The position numbers and the translations under genes were made by a program. The notes beneath the pieces were generated by a model. It did no database searches, was not told where the DNA came from, and saw nothing but the letters and a program-made list of their open reading frames with translations. From the IMG/VR virus record IMGVR_UViG_2891442665_000011: a DNA stretch of 64,000 nt; one strand, written 5' to 3'. The stretch is from an uncultured virus (IMG/VR IMGVR_UViG_2891442665_000011). Taxonomy: Duplodnaviria; Heunggongvirae; Uroviricota; Caudoviricetes. Of the stretch, positions 8,893-19,689 are shown piece after piece; the stretch's first letter is position 1; each line of letters opens with the position of its first letter.

Positions 8893-9807
8893 CTATACCC
8901 CCTCATAAATGATTCGATTCTCTATCTTGAACTGTAAATTACTGCTTCCTTCTTCTGCCGTATACGCAAACACGTTGTCACCTTTTGCAAGCTGAAACCA
9001 GTCAGCTTCTTTATCCAGGCAGTTTAGAATATTGGTTGTTTTTCCGTTTCGGAGAAGGGTAATTGACTTTTTCCCTTTGACGGTACAGATAGTGATTTCA
9101 TCGCCCGCCACAATTCCGGAACCCGTAAAAGCCTTCATCTTGTCAGTGTCGATACGCATAACCTCACGGGTTCCAGTATTGTATATGGTGATGTTTCGTG
9201 CTTCACCGATGGCATGAATTGTAATCGTCACACCAATCTCAGCATCTCCGCTGTACACAACTGTTTTTTCCATCTGATTCTGGATCTCGCCCATTTCCAG
9301 CAAGCATTCATACAGAGATTCGTTGCTGAAAGGAAATTCAAACAACGGCTCCACACCATAGAAAATAGTAGTATTAACCCCATCTTCCCCGGCAGAGTAA
9401 AAGAAAGGATTCGGACATACAATGGAGACATCCGAACCCTCATCTTTACTGAATATATCCGGTTCATTCGATTCGGTATATCCGTCAATTTCTGCTGAAC
9501 GGTTGTCCGTTTCAATCAGCAGCGTAAGTTTTTTCTTTATCGGAAAATACTTATACGATAACTGACGCACATCCTCAATCGAATCTTTCCAAAGATACTT
9601 CAAGGAAATGACTATGTTCCGTTTCTGGAGTCTGGCAGAATTGAACAAATCCCCGTCATTTGTAGCAATTTCGGTGGTATTGATGTTCGCCTTTCCAGAC
9701 CCCAGACCGGTTACAGAGGTAACTACGAAACCGGATTCCTCCGGCCTCGCAAGTACCAGTTTAATACTATCGCCAAGATAGTTTGTCACGGTGATTGACT
9801 TAATCAC
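8893..9807 (-). CDS. Distal tail protein (Dit)
   Basis: Directly after the tape measure; C-terminal WFQLAKGDN. Confidence 0.75.
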   Translation of the reverse strand: MIKSITVTNYLGDSIKLVLARPEESGFVVTSVTGLGSGKANINTTEIATNDGDLFNSARLQKRNIVISLKYLWKDSIEDVRQLSYKYFPIKKKLTLLIETDNRSAEIDGYTESNEPDIFSKDEGSDVSIVCPNPFFYSAGEDGVNTTIFYGVEPLFEFPFSNESLYECLLEMGEIQNQMEKTVVYSGDAEIGVTITIHAIGEARNITIYNTGTREVMRIDTDKMKAFTGSGIVAGDEITICTVKGKKSITLLRNGKTTNILNCLDKEADWFQLAKGDNVFAYTAEEGSSNLQFKIENRIIYEGV

Positions 9808-12800
9808 GCTTTCACCATCCTTTCCATCGCCGAGAACTGATTCTTTGTCTGCCGATAAATCTCAACTCTCGACAGTGCCTTAGGCGAATAGTTGTTTTGA
9901 GTAAATGTGAATGTGCTTCCTGAATTCGGAGAAGTTTCTCCATTTTGAACATCTGCGGTTTCCTGCTGATTCATGCCTCTGCTGATGGACAATGCCTGCG
10001 TTCTGCTGAACATAGCATTCAATCTGTTTGTCCCAGCTTCCACATTTGACAAATCAAGCACTGGACGAATGGTCGGCTGAGCATCAATGTCACTGTCAAT
10101 GAAATCTTTGACCTTGGAGATTGCATTACCAAGTCCCGTTCTTGCGGCTTTCGCCATCCCGGAGCCGGCTTTGTATGCTTTCTCGGTGTAATCGCCAATC
10201 GCATTTACAAACGCCACGCCGAAGAAATCGCCAATCCGATAACCAACCTTTGAAGGAGAGTGTTCGTCAAGTTCTTCCTCCGCAGCCCTAGCAGCCGCAG
10301 CCGCCATAGCTCTCGCTTTCGCCTCAGCTTTGTATGTATTTTCACTGATACCTTTTGCAAATCCATCCACGAGATAGGAACCCGCATCGTAGAATTGCCC
10401 GTAGTAATCCCTAATCCCGGAGATAGCCCCGCCAAGACCAGAGGTAAATGCACTCTTTGCATCTGCATCCTTACTCCTTACCCCGGCGATGAATTTCACC
10501 ATACACTGTTCGCCAGCGCTTTGAAACTCCGAATACTTATTCTTAATCGCAGTCAAACAACCGCTGATGATGTTGATAAATGTGTTTCTGGCATCCACAT
10601 CTTTCGCTCGAACACCCGCAATAAACTTCACCATCGTCTGCGTTCCAACTGACTGAAACTCCGAATACTTATTCTTAATAGCAGTCAAACAACCGCTGAT
10701 GATGTTGGTAAATGTGCTCCGAGCACTGTTATCCTGAGTTTTCACCCCGGCGATGAATTTCACCATCAAGGTAGAACCCGCAGTTTGGAAATCCCGCTGC
10801 TTCGCATTGATGGCTGTAAGCACCGCCTGAACCAACGCTGTGAACGTCGTTGTCAATGTGGTTTTCTTGGCATTTGCCGCATTCACAAAGGTTGTCAGCA
10901 TATTGGAGGCGGCCGCTGTTACCTTTGAATTTGCGTTATTGAATGCGTCAATAAAACCAGTAATTCCAGCTTCTCCAAGCTTCGTCAGCGCGGAACTGAA
11001 CGATGTCATTCCACTGGTGTCCAATCCAGCCATACCGTTTGCCATGTCAACCAATCTGTTTGTCTGTGTGATTACGCTGGATAACAGTCCAGTATCAATA
11101 CTGCTAATATAACCGTAGTAGGAACTGAAATATGAGCCAAAAGAAGCCATATCGCTTCCAAAACTGGCTAAGGTCATATCATCCGAGAACCAGCCACCTT
11201 CTTTCGGTAAACTCTTTTGAAGCTCAACGATAGACGTAGCGGCATTTGTAGTTGCTGTAACGATACCAGCATCAACCGTTCTCATAAAATCGGAATACTT
11301 TGCAAAATTCGCACCAAAAGATACAAGACTGTTTCCAAATTCCCCGATATCGTTATCACCAGTAAACCAACTTACAACACCGCCCGTATTCGGAAGCGTA
11401 TTCGCCAGCTCGACTAAAGACTTTCCTGCTGTTGCAGAATTTGTTATAGCGTCTACATCAATTCCGGATATTGCATCCGAGTAGGACTTCATTGCTTTTC
11501 CAAACGGAACGAGTTGTTTTCCGAACTCGCCAATGTCATTCTCGCCTGCGAAGAAACCGACAACCCCGCCCGAATTTGGAATAGTGGATGCCATCTCAGC
11601 CATAGCTTTTCCGGCAGTTGCAGCATTCGTCACCGTATCCGCGTTAAGACCTGTCACCGCAAGCGAAAATTCCATCATAGCCTCGCCAAAAGGTACAAGC
11701 TGCTCCCCAAAAGCTTTCATGTCGTTCTCGCCAGCAAAGAAACCGAGGACCCCACCGCTGTTCGGGAGTGTTGCAGCCATTTCCGCCAATGCCTTACCTG
11801 CTGTAGCCGCCTGCTCTACTACTTCGCTCTTCATATCGCCTATCGCAATCGAAAAGTCCCTCATGGCTTCTCCGAATGGAACGAGCTGCTCCGCAAAATC
11901 TGACATGGATGAACCACCAGTAATCCAAGAGGCTATACCCTGAAGAATATCGGCCGCCGTAAGAATCAGAATTGTTTCAGCTAATGCTTTTACCCCGGAC
12001 ATTGCCGCTTCGTCTAAGTTTTTTACCCCCTCAAAGAACGGGGAGGCATTTTCCATAAACGAAGACAAATTTGTCCCTATCTCCGGAAGCCCGGACGTCG
12101 CGCCGGCAACAAACCCGCCTATGATATTCCCAAAGAAGGAGCCCAGCCCGTATCCGACTTTTTCAAGAAGGGAAAGACCCTTGTTTAAGAATTCTTCCAT
12201 TCCTGGATAATGCTTGGCAAGTGCACCGATTCCAATCATAAGCCCGCCAACAGCGGTAATAAGAGTCAGTAACGCACCGACCCCGATAAAAGCCGCTGGA
12301 CCTGTGGCGCCGACAGCGCTCAATATCAGGCATGATGCCGATAATGATAACAACAGAACCGATAATCCTTCCGCTATTTCCAAAACAGATCCAACATTCA
12401 TGTAAGCAAGCACGCCTATAATTCCAGCTAGACCGGCTACAACCAAAGTCATAACGCCAAGCGTGACGTACGCTCCCGGAGCTACGTTTCCGGCTTTACT
12501 AATAATGAGCATGGATGCCGACAAGGACAATAGCAGCAACGATAATGCTGCAGAAACGCCCATTACTGAATCCACTGGTAAGCCGGACAATAAATATAAA
12601 ACCCCGCCCAAAGCTATCACTACCCCCGTTAAAACAACAAGAGTCCCATTAGCCTTTTTTGCCAGTGACGTAGAGGCAACAAGGGCACCAAACATCGCCA
12701 TCACCATGGATAATGACAAAGATGCTGCGAAAAGATTTTCCGGGTTAATCATAGAAAGCGTACCAAGCGCGACTGCCAGAATTCCGATTGTTACAGAAAT

Positions 12801-15800
12801 AAGGGTTAAAGTGCTCTTACAGTCTTTCGCCAGATATGAAACAGCGATCAATCCCGCAAATAAAATCTCAAGCAGAGCTATAGCTTTTAATGCTTGGTTT
12901 AATCCATCCGGTTTTATGTGACTGATAATTACCATTGCCCCGGATAAAATCAATAAAGCCCCTGACATCAGCAACAGCATCGCTCCTGCCTTAACAGCAT
13001 TTGCCCCCGCGAACTTAGACACAGCGACCACTCCGGCAAACAGTACAAGCAACTGCGCAACGGCACCGGTAGCTTTCCGCAAATCACCGGCTTCCATTTT
13101 TCCAAGTATCTTTAAGGTTGCCGTTATCAAAAGAAGCGCCGCAGACATAGCCAGAATACCAACCCCAGCCTTAGCCGCATTTGCCCCGGCAAACTTGCTA
13201 GAGATCATAAGGACGGCAAAAGTTCCAAAAATCCCTACAAAAGCCTCCATGTTGGTTTTCATCTTTGTAGTATCCAGATTTGCTATATCGTCAAATACTC
13301 CTACAAAGATTTTTAATGCCACCACGGTAGCAAGAATCGTAACTGCGGAACCAAGCTTGATATTTTTACAGATTACAGCCAGAGCCACAAGACCGCCCAT
13401 CGCACCAAGAAGAATCTTAATCGATTGATCCAGATTGTTCAGTTGCAGGCTGTCCAAATCCTTAAATGCGCTGACCATGATTTTCAAAGAACCAGAAATC
13501 ACCAGCAACGCGACAGAACCTTTCGATAGCTTCGGTGCAAATTTTCCGAGCAGTCCAGCCATAACAGCAAGGCCGGAAGCCATCACACCAAGAACAGCCA
13601 CATTCTGCCATACTTTATCCTGGTCAAGACCTTCCATGGATTTCAGTGTATGAATAAGAATCAGTAGAGAAGCGGCGATTCCAAGCATAGACGTTGATCC
13701 TTTTCCGCCACCAATTTTGCCAATGATTCCCATTGCCGCAGAAACACCGAGAAGACCGGCAGATAAAACGCCAAGCGCTCCAACAGCAGACCAGAGCTTT
13801 GTCTGATCAACAAGCGTTAAAGCAACAATGGAAGCCGCAAGAATACCGACGGATATGGCGACATTCATTAACGCTTGGGATTTTGTCTTCATCGCAAAAG
13901 CGTTGATCGCCTTAGATGCACTCTTAAGCAATTTGTCAAACCCGCTCAGAATTCCTGACAAATCATCAAATGGGCCGGCCAGCGTTTCCAAAGCATCTCC
14001 AATTTTCTTGACGAACAAAATCAAACTGCCGCCAAGACCAATAGTCAGGATTTCCCCTATGCCGATATGGTCGCTGAATTTCTGCTTTATGGATTTTGCA
14101 AAATTGAAGATTTTCTCTTTTAAGCCGTCAAGATCTTCTCCGACAGACGCAAAATGCTTCTTGACATCATCTTTAAACTCCCTGATAGCTTTCTTAATGT
14201 CGTCAAACTTCCCGTCAACATCCAGAAAATAATCAATCACGTTATCCTTGAAATCCCTGAAAATATTATTGAGATCATCTAAGGTAATATGGTCCAGAGC
14301 TTTCACACGTTCAATAAAATCGTTAATCCGGTCAATTCCGCCCCGGAAATACTTGCCAAATTCGGAGAACGTATTGCTAAAGGCAGTTTCAAAGCGTGTG
14401 ATATTCTTCTGCACCACCGGAAGCGCCATAAAAGCATCAATCCACTTTTTAACCTCCGTACAGGCTGTTTTTATCCCGCTGGCCGCCGCCTTGACGCCCC
14501 TGGTCACACGGTCATTGTTGAGAATGAAATCACGGAATCCTGAAATCAGATCACCCACCTTCGCCGTCAGATCAAGAACATCCATGTCAAACGCATTTAA
14601 AATCACAGACAACCCTTTAAACGCAAGGCGTAATCCGCCTCCCGTAACTGTCATGACGATATCGAGAATAGCAAACAGTCCTTTAAAAGTTCTTGTGATC
14701 TTATCTGCCTTATCGTCGGTAATCTCTAATTTTTCGGTAAATGTGTTAATGGCTTTAATCAGGTTATAGAGTTTTTCAGAACGTTCTTTGATGATATCAT
14801 CTTCGGTCATTCCATGGTGAAATGTATCGTTCCACGCTTTCTTGACCGCGCCGAGAGAATCCACAACACTATGGATTACATTGAGAACGGACCCCCACAC
14901 CAACTCAGCTCCCGATGGTTTCTCAAAATCGTTTATCAACTCATCTATGGACGAACCGGCTGTATTTGCTTCCCTCTGCAAATCACGGAGCGCGGTAATC
15001 TGTTCTTCCGTATACCCCTTGTTTTTCAACTGCTCGTCCGATAAAGAAGCCAGACTGTCAGCATTTTTCAACTGTTCTTCCGTCAGGGAAGACATATGGC
15101 GGACACTACTGCCAAGTTTCTCATTAACCAAATTCTGAACCGTTGCATAATCATAACCGGCTTCGGTCAGTGCTTTTATTCTTGCTTCCCCGCTGCCAAA
15201 GTCTCCACGGATAACTTTATCAACGATTTCACCGTACTTTTCCATCTGTCCGGCCATTTCTTCCGTAGACTTTGTTGCTCCGGTAAGATCCCCCACCAAG
15301 CTTTTAAGTGCATCCTTCAGGATACTCTTATTTAGAGTTCCGTCGTTAAAGGCTTTTTTTAAAGCTTTTTCAAAGGAACCCTCTTTTTCTATCATTGCAT
15401 CCAGGTCAACATTGTGGCTCTTAGCCAGTTCCTTGACCTTGTTCTGAAAAGTTTCTGTTTCAATGCCAGCAGTATTAAGCTTGTTTACAAGCACATCCCA
15501 TTTTGAACTGAACGCACCCTCCAAGACTGCATTTCTGCTGTCCGCCGAACGTCCGATAATTCCGCTGAATATATCTGATAACTCCGTCAGCCGCTCTTTC
15601 GCTTTTTCAAAGTCGCCAATGATGATTTCCCAACTCTGAGTCCATCCTGACTGAGCCGCTTCCTTCAATGTGTCAAATAACTGGGTAAAAGTCTTCACCT
15701 TTGTCGCGGCATCATTCGCAGTCTGTCCCATCTTTATGATGGATTTGATCTGCTCCTCCGTATACCCCATGGTCTTGAGCTGTTTCTCGTTCAGATCACC

Positions 15801-16631
15801 CGTAAATTTCGAGAGTGTTTCTGTTAAAATGTCCGATGTGAGCCAGCCTTTACTTAACGTCTCACGGAAAGAGCCCTCATCTTCAATCATCTGGTCAATT
15901 GCTATACCATGCACCCTGGCCGTCTCTTTTAGGGAATCCTGAAATACCTGACCGCCCATACCGGCATTTACAACCGAATTCCAGTCCTGAAGCTTCACTG
16001 TTCCCGCCGCCAACGCCTGGGATAACTGGTACATAGCCGTGCTTGCCTGTTGGGAAGTAGAACCGGATACAGCAGCGAGGTTAGCGATACCTTTAATTGC
16101 CGCTACGGAAGTATCCAAATCAACGCCAGCCGCAGTGAACGTACCAATATTACGGGTCATTTCCGTAAAATTGTAAATGGTCATATCGGCATAGTGATTC
16201 AGTTCATCCAGTGCCTTATTTACCTGCTCCAGCGTCGTCCCTTTGGAAGACGTATTTGCAAGAATTGTCTGGACGGCGTTGATCTGTGTTTCATACTCCT
16301 GAAAACCGGACTTAACCGGGTCAATCGTAAGGGCCGAAATAATATTTTTACCTGCGGCAAGCGCAGAATTGGTTATGTTCTGGAGAGCCGTAATCGCCAT
16401 TACCTCCATCGCGGAGAACTTTACCCTTACAGTCTCCACCGCATTGCTAAGGGGGTTCATGTCACATTTACGGGCTGCGGAATTTACTTCTTCCAATCCT
16501 TTTGCGGCGCCGGTCAGATTTAATTTCTGTTTCAGTTTATCAAGCGTGGAGAGACTGGTCTGAACGTTCTGTTCAAACTGCTTATTGTCAAACCGCATTG
16601 AAACGACTCTTTCGTCAATCGTCTTACTCAT
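9804..16631 (-). CDS. Tape measure protein
   Basis: About 2275 aa, Ala/Gly-rich, hydrophobic middle, periodic repeats, HSPS motif near the C-terminus. Confidence 0.93.
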   Translation of the reverse strand: MSKTIDERVVSMRFDNKQFEQNVQTSLSTLDKLKQKLNLTGAAKGLEEVNSAARKCDMNPLSNAVETVRVKFSAMEVMAITALQNITNSALAAGKNIISALTIDPVKSGFQEYETQINAVQTILANTSSKGTTLEQVNKALDELNHYADMTIYNFTEMTRNIGTFTAAGVDLDTSVAAIKGIANLAAVSGSTSQQASTAMYQLSQALAAGTVKLQDWNSVVNAGMGGQVFQDSLKETARVHGIAIDQMIEDEGSFRETLSKGWLTSDILTETLSKFTGDLNEKQLKTMGYTEEQIKSIIKMGQTANDAATKVKTFTQLFDTLKEAAQSGWTQSWEIIIGDFEKAKERLTELSDIFSGIIGRSADSRNAVLEGAFSSKWDVLVNKLNTAGIETETFQNKVKELAKSHNVDLDAMIEKEGSFEKALKKAFNDGTLNKSILKDALKSLVGDLTGATKSTEEMAGQMEKYGEIVDKVIRGDFGSGEARIKALTEAGYDYATVQNLVNEKLGSSVRHMSSLTEEQLKNADSLASLSDEQLKNKGYTEEQITALRDLQREANTAGSSIDELINDFEKPSGAELVWGSVLNVIHSVVDSLGAVKKAWNDTFHHGMTEDDIIKERSEKLYNLIKAINTFTEKLEITDDKADKITRTFKGLFAILDIVMTVTGGGLRLAFKGLSVILNAFDMDVLDLTAKVGDLISGFRDFILNNDRVTRGVKAAASGIKTACTEVKKWIDAFMALPVVQKNITRFETAFSNTFSEFGKYFRGGIDRINDFIERVKALDHITLDDLNNIFRDFKDNVIDYFLDVDGKFDDIKKAIREFKDDVKKHFASVGEDLDGLKEKIFNFAKSIKQKFSDHIGIGEILTIGLGGSLILFVKKIGDALETLAGPFDDLSGILSGFDKLLKSASKAINAFAMKTKSQALMNVAISVGILAASIVALTLVDQTKLWSAVGALGVLSAGLLGVSAAMGIIGKIGGGKGSTSMLGIAASLLILIHTLKSMEGLDQDKVWQNVAVLGVMASGLAVMAGLLGKFAPKLSKGSVALLVISGSLKIMVSAFKDLDSLQLNNLDQSIKILLGAMGGLVALAVICKNIKLGSAVTILATVVALKIFVGVFDDIANLDTTKMKTNMEAFVGIFGTFAVLMISSKFAGANAAKAGVGILAMSAALLLITATLKILGKMEAGDLRKATGAVAQLLVLFAGVVAVSKFAGANAVKAGAMLLLMSGALLILSGAMVIISHIKPDGLNQALKAIALLEILFAGLIAVSYLAKDCKSTLTLISVTIGILAVALGTLSMINPENLFAASLSLSMVMAMFGALVASTSLAKKANGTLVVLTGVVIALGGVLYLLSGLPVDSVMGVSAALSLLLLSLSASMLIISKAGNVAPGAYVTLGVMTLVVAGLAGIIGVLAYMNVGSVLEIAEGLSVLLLSLSASCLILSAVGATGPAAFIGVGALLTLITAVGGLMIGIGALAKHYPGMEEFLNKGLSLLEKVGYGLGSFFGNIIGGFVAGATSGLPEIGTNLSSFMENASPFFEGVKNLDEAAMSGVKALAETILILTAADILQGIASWITGGSSMSDFAEQLVPFGEAMRDFSIAIGDMKSEVVEQAATAGKALAEMAATLPNSGGVLGFFAGENDMKAFGEQLVPFGEAMMEFSLAVTGLNADTVTNAATAGKAMAEMASTIPNSGGVVGFFAGENDIGEFGKQLVPFGKAMKSYSDAISGIDVDAITNSATAGKSLVELANTLPNTGGVVSWFTGDNDIGEFGNSLVSFGANFAKYSDFMRTVDAGIVTATTNAATSIVELQKSLPKEGGWFSDDMTLASFGSDMASFGSYFSSYYGYISSIDTGLLSSVITQTNRLVDMANGMAGLDTSGMTSFSSALTKLGEAGITGFIDAFNNANSKVTAAASNMLTTFVNAANAKKTTLTTTFTALVQAVLTAINAKQRDFQTAGSTLMVKFIAGVKTQDNSARSTFTNIISGCLTAIKNKYSEFQSVGTQTMVKFIAGVRAKDVDARNTFINIISGCLTAIKNKYSEFQSAGEQCMVKFIAGVRSKDADAKSAFTSGLGGAISGIRDYYGQFYDAGSYLVDGFAKGISENTYKAEAKARAMAAAAARAAEEELDEHSPSKVGYRIGDFFGVAFVNAIGDYTEKAYKAGSGMAKAARTGLGNAISKVKDFIDSDIDAQPTIRPVLDLSNVEAGTNRLNAMFSRTQALSISRGMNQQETADVQNGETSPNSGSTFTFTQNNYSPKALSRVEIYRQTKNQFSAMERMVKA

Positions 16632-17005
16632 AGCTTCGTAACCTCCCTCCACGCTTCGTTAGCAATTCTGTCAAAAATAGGCTGGATAGCAGGATTGATA
16701 TAATCTCGCCCCTGTACCCAGCCGCCGTTTCTTGTTCCGTGCCCGTATTGCAGAATGATGGCAATCGGAACTCCATTTTGAATATTTGAATTCTTGAATG
16801 AGATCGTTGCAGATCCATTCCTGTTCGTAATCTCGTATGACCACGAAGCCGCTGTCAGCCCCGAATCGACAGGTGTTGCAGACGCAAGGGCGGCAACTCC
16901 CTCTCGGCCATACTTGTCAAGGTCTCCGAGTTTAACGACCTCTTTTGCCCTCTCCAAATATCTTGTCAGTTTGGAGAAGTCGCCCTTTTGTCTGAACGTT
17001 ATCAT
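16628..17005 (-). CDS. HK97 gp10-like tail-completion protein
   Basis: ATPVDSG.TA.SW...LQYGHGT pattern. Confidence 0.7.
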   Translation of the reverse strand: MITFRQKGDFSKLTRYLERAKEVVKLGDLDKYGREGVAALASATPVDSGLTAASWSYEITNRNGSATISFKNSNIQNGVPIAIILQYGHGTRNGGWVQGRDYINPAIQPIFDRIANEAWREVTKL

Positions 17006-17017
17006 TGGAACACTCCT

Positions 17018-18616
17018 TTACTTTTTCAGATACACACTGGAGCTGAAACCGGTGTACTGAATACCATCCATGACAAACTGGATGTACAGCCACTTTGTTC
17101 CGTTGTACGCCGTGTAATAACCGTAGCACTGAACTTCCGTTCCATGTGGAATGAGACACAGCGCCTTCTTGTTTGTTCCGGCATCGTTACGGCAGTAGAG
17201 TCCATCCTTTGCAGTCACCTTATATGTACCTGACAAACTCTTATTGAGAGATTTCGCATAAGCCGTAGCCGTGACTTTCTTCGATGCCGGCTGATTCTGG
17301 TTCTGAACTGCGCTACTGGGTTTCGTCGCCGAACCATTCAAAATTTCATTGACACGGGTCTGAACCTCGTCATAATCGTACCCTTTTTCGGTCAGAGCAG
17401 CTTTACGATCTGGCCCATTCCCCCAGATACCAGTGATAACCTCATGAGCAATAGTGCCGATGCTCTTTTTCTCGCTCTGCGCAGGCGGAGCAACCGTCCC
17501 CTCATCATACTTAGGTGTAATGAAACCGCGGATAAATTTTCCGTTAATCGACAAGGTACGCCGCTTTACCGCATTGCTGAAGTTCCCCTCGATAACCGTA
17601 ATGTAACCGCCGGATACATACTCAACAGTACCGATGTGATCCGGATTACCGGTGTTATCACCGATTCCGGAATCCTCCCAGTCATACAAAACCGCATCGC
17701 CGGGAGAGGGTACATACGCATCATCCTCAACCCAGCATCCCATCCTCTTTGCAGCTTCGATGATGTAATAGCAGCTAATCTCAATCGGCATAATTGCCGT
17801 ATAACCAAGCTTAACCGCCAGGGCAGACCACGTTGCCGCACACCACGCCCAACCGTAAAGCATCTTTGTTCCGCGGGGAAAACTTCCGGTATAGGAATTG
17901 TAAATATCGATGATTTCTTTATACGAACCATCGGACTCGTTCTTTCCGATCCAGGACCTTGCCAAATCGACTACAGCCTGTCTTGAGTAGCTCATGGACG
18001 CTTCCTCCTTCTTTTCATCAGAATTGACGAAGCGGTAATCCATGTCCACATTCCCTTTGATTCCGTCCACGACGCCTTTGCTTGTATACTGGTGGAAATC
18101 ACAGGGATAATCAGCTTCCCCGCTCCAATCCGCCAGCCAGAATACATACTTGTCCAGCAGGTCGTGGTCGAACATATTCCTGTAATAATCGATATTGGAA
18201 TAGATGCCAGCTCTGTATCCTTTCTCCGTGACATATTCACAAAACGCCTTGGTATGGGCGTTGCATTCAGCCCGTCCTAAACTAACCCCGGCAACCTTTG
18301 CTTTCGTGATCGTGTCGTACTCGAAATCGAAAAACACGATAACGTCTTTTCCAAGACCGGCTGCTTCCAACTGTGAAATACAGAAAACGGCTTCCTGCCT
18401 GGCCTGCTCAACGTTCATCGCATAGCTGAAATGGTAAACGCCAAGAACCGAGATTCCTGCCGCTTTAGCTGCCTTTACATACCCGTGAAATCTTCCGTCA
18501 ACTGTCTGGCGATAGCTTGACCGGAGAATCAGGAACTGGATTCCGGAAGCTTTAACTTTGTTGAAATCCACATCCCCCTGCCAGGTCGAAATATCTGCTC
18601 CACGCTCTTTAGACAT
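17018..18616 (-). CDS. Multidomain lysin: GH25 muramidase + CHAP + cell-wall-binding (Cpl-7/SH3-like)
   Basis: GADISTWQG..DFE (GH25); WCAATWS...DHIGTVE...IEGN (CHAP); EVITGIWGNG..RK..L (Cpl-7-like); C-terminal SH3-like. Confidence 0.85.
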   Translation of the reverse strand: MSKERGADISTWQGDVDFNKVKASGIQFLILRSSYRQTVDGRFHGYVKAAKAAGISVLGVYHFSYAMNVEQARQEAVFCISQLEAAGLGKDVIVFFDFEYDTITKAKVAGVSLGRAECNAHTKAFCEYVTEKGYRAGIYSNIDYYRNMFDHDLLDKYVFWLADWSGEADYPCDFHQYTSKGVVDGIKGNVDMDYRFVNSDEKKEEASMSYSRQAVVDLARSWIGKNESDGSYKEIIDIYNSYTGSFPRGTKMLYGWAWCAATWSALAVKLGYTAIMPIEISCYYIIEAAKRMGCWVEDDAYVPSPGDAVLYDWEDSGIGDNTGNPDHIGTVEYVSGGYITVIEGNFSNAVKRRTLSINGKFIRGFITPKYDEGTVAPPAQSEKKSIGTIAHEVITGIWGNGPDRKAALTEKGYDYDEVQTRVNEILNGSATKPSSAVQNQNQPASKKVTATAYAKSLNKSLSGTYKVTAKDGLYCRNDAGTNKKALCLIPHGTEVQCYGYYTAYNGTKWLYIQFVMDGIQYTGFSSSVYLKK

Positions 18617-18623
18617 ATAATCA

Positions 18624-19169
18624 TCACCCCTTCGAATTTAACTGTTTTCTTCGTGCCGCATTTAAAGCGGCATTGCGTTTCATGATTTCCCTTCTGCTTC
18701 TCTTTTTAGGCGGCGAATTTTTGATGTTACATACCTTAATAAGAGTAAGAAGACGATTGAGATGCCACTTCTGACACTCAAACGGAATATTCAGGGCAAT
18801 CATCCAGTAGTAAATAATCTCTGCTGTAACCTGTTCCCTGCTGGCTTTTACTGCCTTTTCCTCTGTAAAATGAGTGGCGGTCATCGGAGCATCGATGTAT
18901 TGGTTAATTTGGTCGATACAGGATGTCGTCAGATAGTTATACACTTCCGGATTCACATTCTGCGTAAGCGTCATACATTGCACGTAATCCAACATTTCCT
19001 CAAGCGTCTTTTCCTGTTTGGTAAGGAAGGGCTTGCACCATTTGGATTCCCATTTTGAAAGGGAGACAAGGGAATGCTCCAACTGCAATGTTTGCTCTTT
19101 GGGGTAGATAAACATCTGGTTTATTTCATCCCATTGTTCCTCGCCAGCAGGTATTGTAATTCGCAGCAT
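18624..19169 (-). CDS. Putative tail assembly chaperone (second)
   Basis: Downstream of the major tail and first chaperone genes; LEHSLVSLSKWESKW. Confidence 0.55.
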   Translation of the reverse strand: MLRITIPAGEEQWDEINQMFIYPKEQTLQLEHSLVSLSKWESKWCKPFLTKQEKTLEEMLDYVQCMTLTQNVNPEVYNYLTTSCIDQINQYIDAPMTATHFTEEKAVKASREQVTAEIIYYWMIALNIPFECQKWHLNRLLTLIKVCNIKNSPPKKRSRREIMKRNAALNAARRKQLNSKG

Positions 19170-19196
19170 CCCTTTCGCCTCCTCCTGTTTTCAGAT

Positions 19197-19598
19197 TTAA
19201 TTTGCTACCGGAGCCAACGCCGGTGCAGGAACTCCCTGCCTGGAATTCGGGACGATACCGTTTACAAACTTTGCCGCTGCATCGGCATCCGTCGCAAGCT
19301 CCATAAACAGCACAGAATAAGCCTCCGTTTCAGAAAAAGCCTTGGACAGTTCATCAGACTTGACAAACCGTCTTCCATCCGGGCTTTTCTCACCGTAAGC
19401 TTTCAGAATCAGATCCTTGAAAATCTTAATGATCGCGGGCGCATCCTGAGCCGCCACGATTCCACGAATCATTTCAGCCAGCCCGCCGGCCGTACTCATC
19501 TCCATTTCCATAACTTCAGCCTCAGAAAGATTGAAGTAATGGTCCTCGGTGCGCTCAGTTCCGTTGTAATCCTTGTAGGTAATCGTTTTCTTTAACAT
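19197..19598 (-). CDS. Putative tail assembly chaperone
   Basis: Directly downstream of the major tail protein. Confidence 0.6.
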   Translation of the reverse strand: MLKKTITYKDYNGTERTEDHYFNLSEAEVMEMEMSTAGGLAEMIRGIVAAQDAPAIIKIFKDLILKAYGEKSPDGRRFVKSDELSKAFSETEAYSVLFMELATDADAAAKFVNGIVPNSRQGVPAPALAPVAN

Positions 19599-19621
19599 AA
19601 TGTTTTTCTCCTTTCAACAAT

Positions 19622-19662
19622 AAAAAAAAAGGAGCCGCCAGCTTTTACCCTGAAACGGCTCC
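19622..19662 (-). terminator. Intrinsic terminator after the major tail gene
   Basis: GGAGCCG...CGGCTCC stem followed by T9 on the minus strand. Confidence 0.7.
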
Positions 19663-19689
19663 CAATCTGCTTAAATATGAAAATGTGAA

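Noticed and set aside
10480..10780. Near-identical repeats in the tape measure gene as a second TR/VR pair
   Set aside because: Ordinary in-frame tape-measure repeats; the differences are not adenine-specific.
18624..19598. Programmed frameshift between the tail chaperones
   Set aside because: No clear slippery heptamer was seen, and the second ORF has its own GGAGG RBS.
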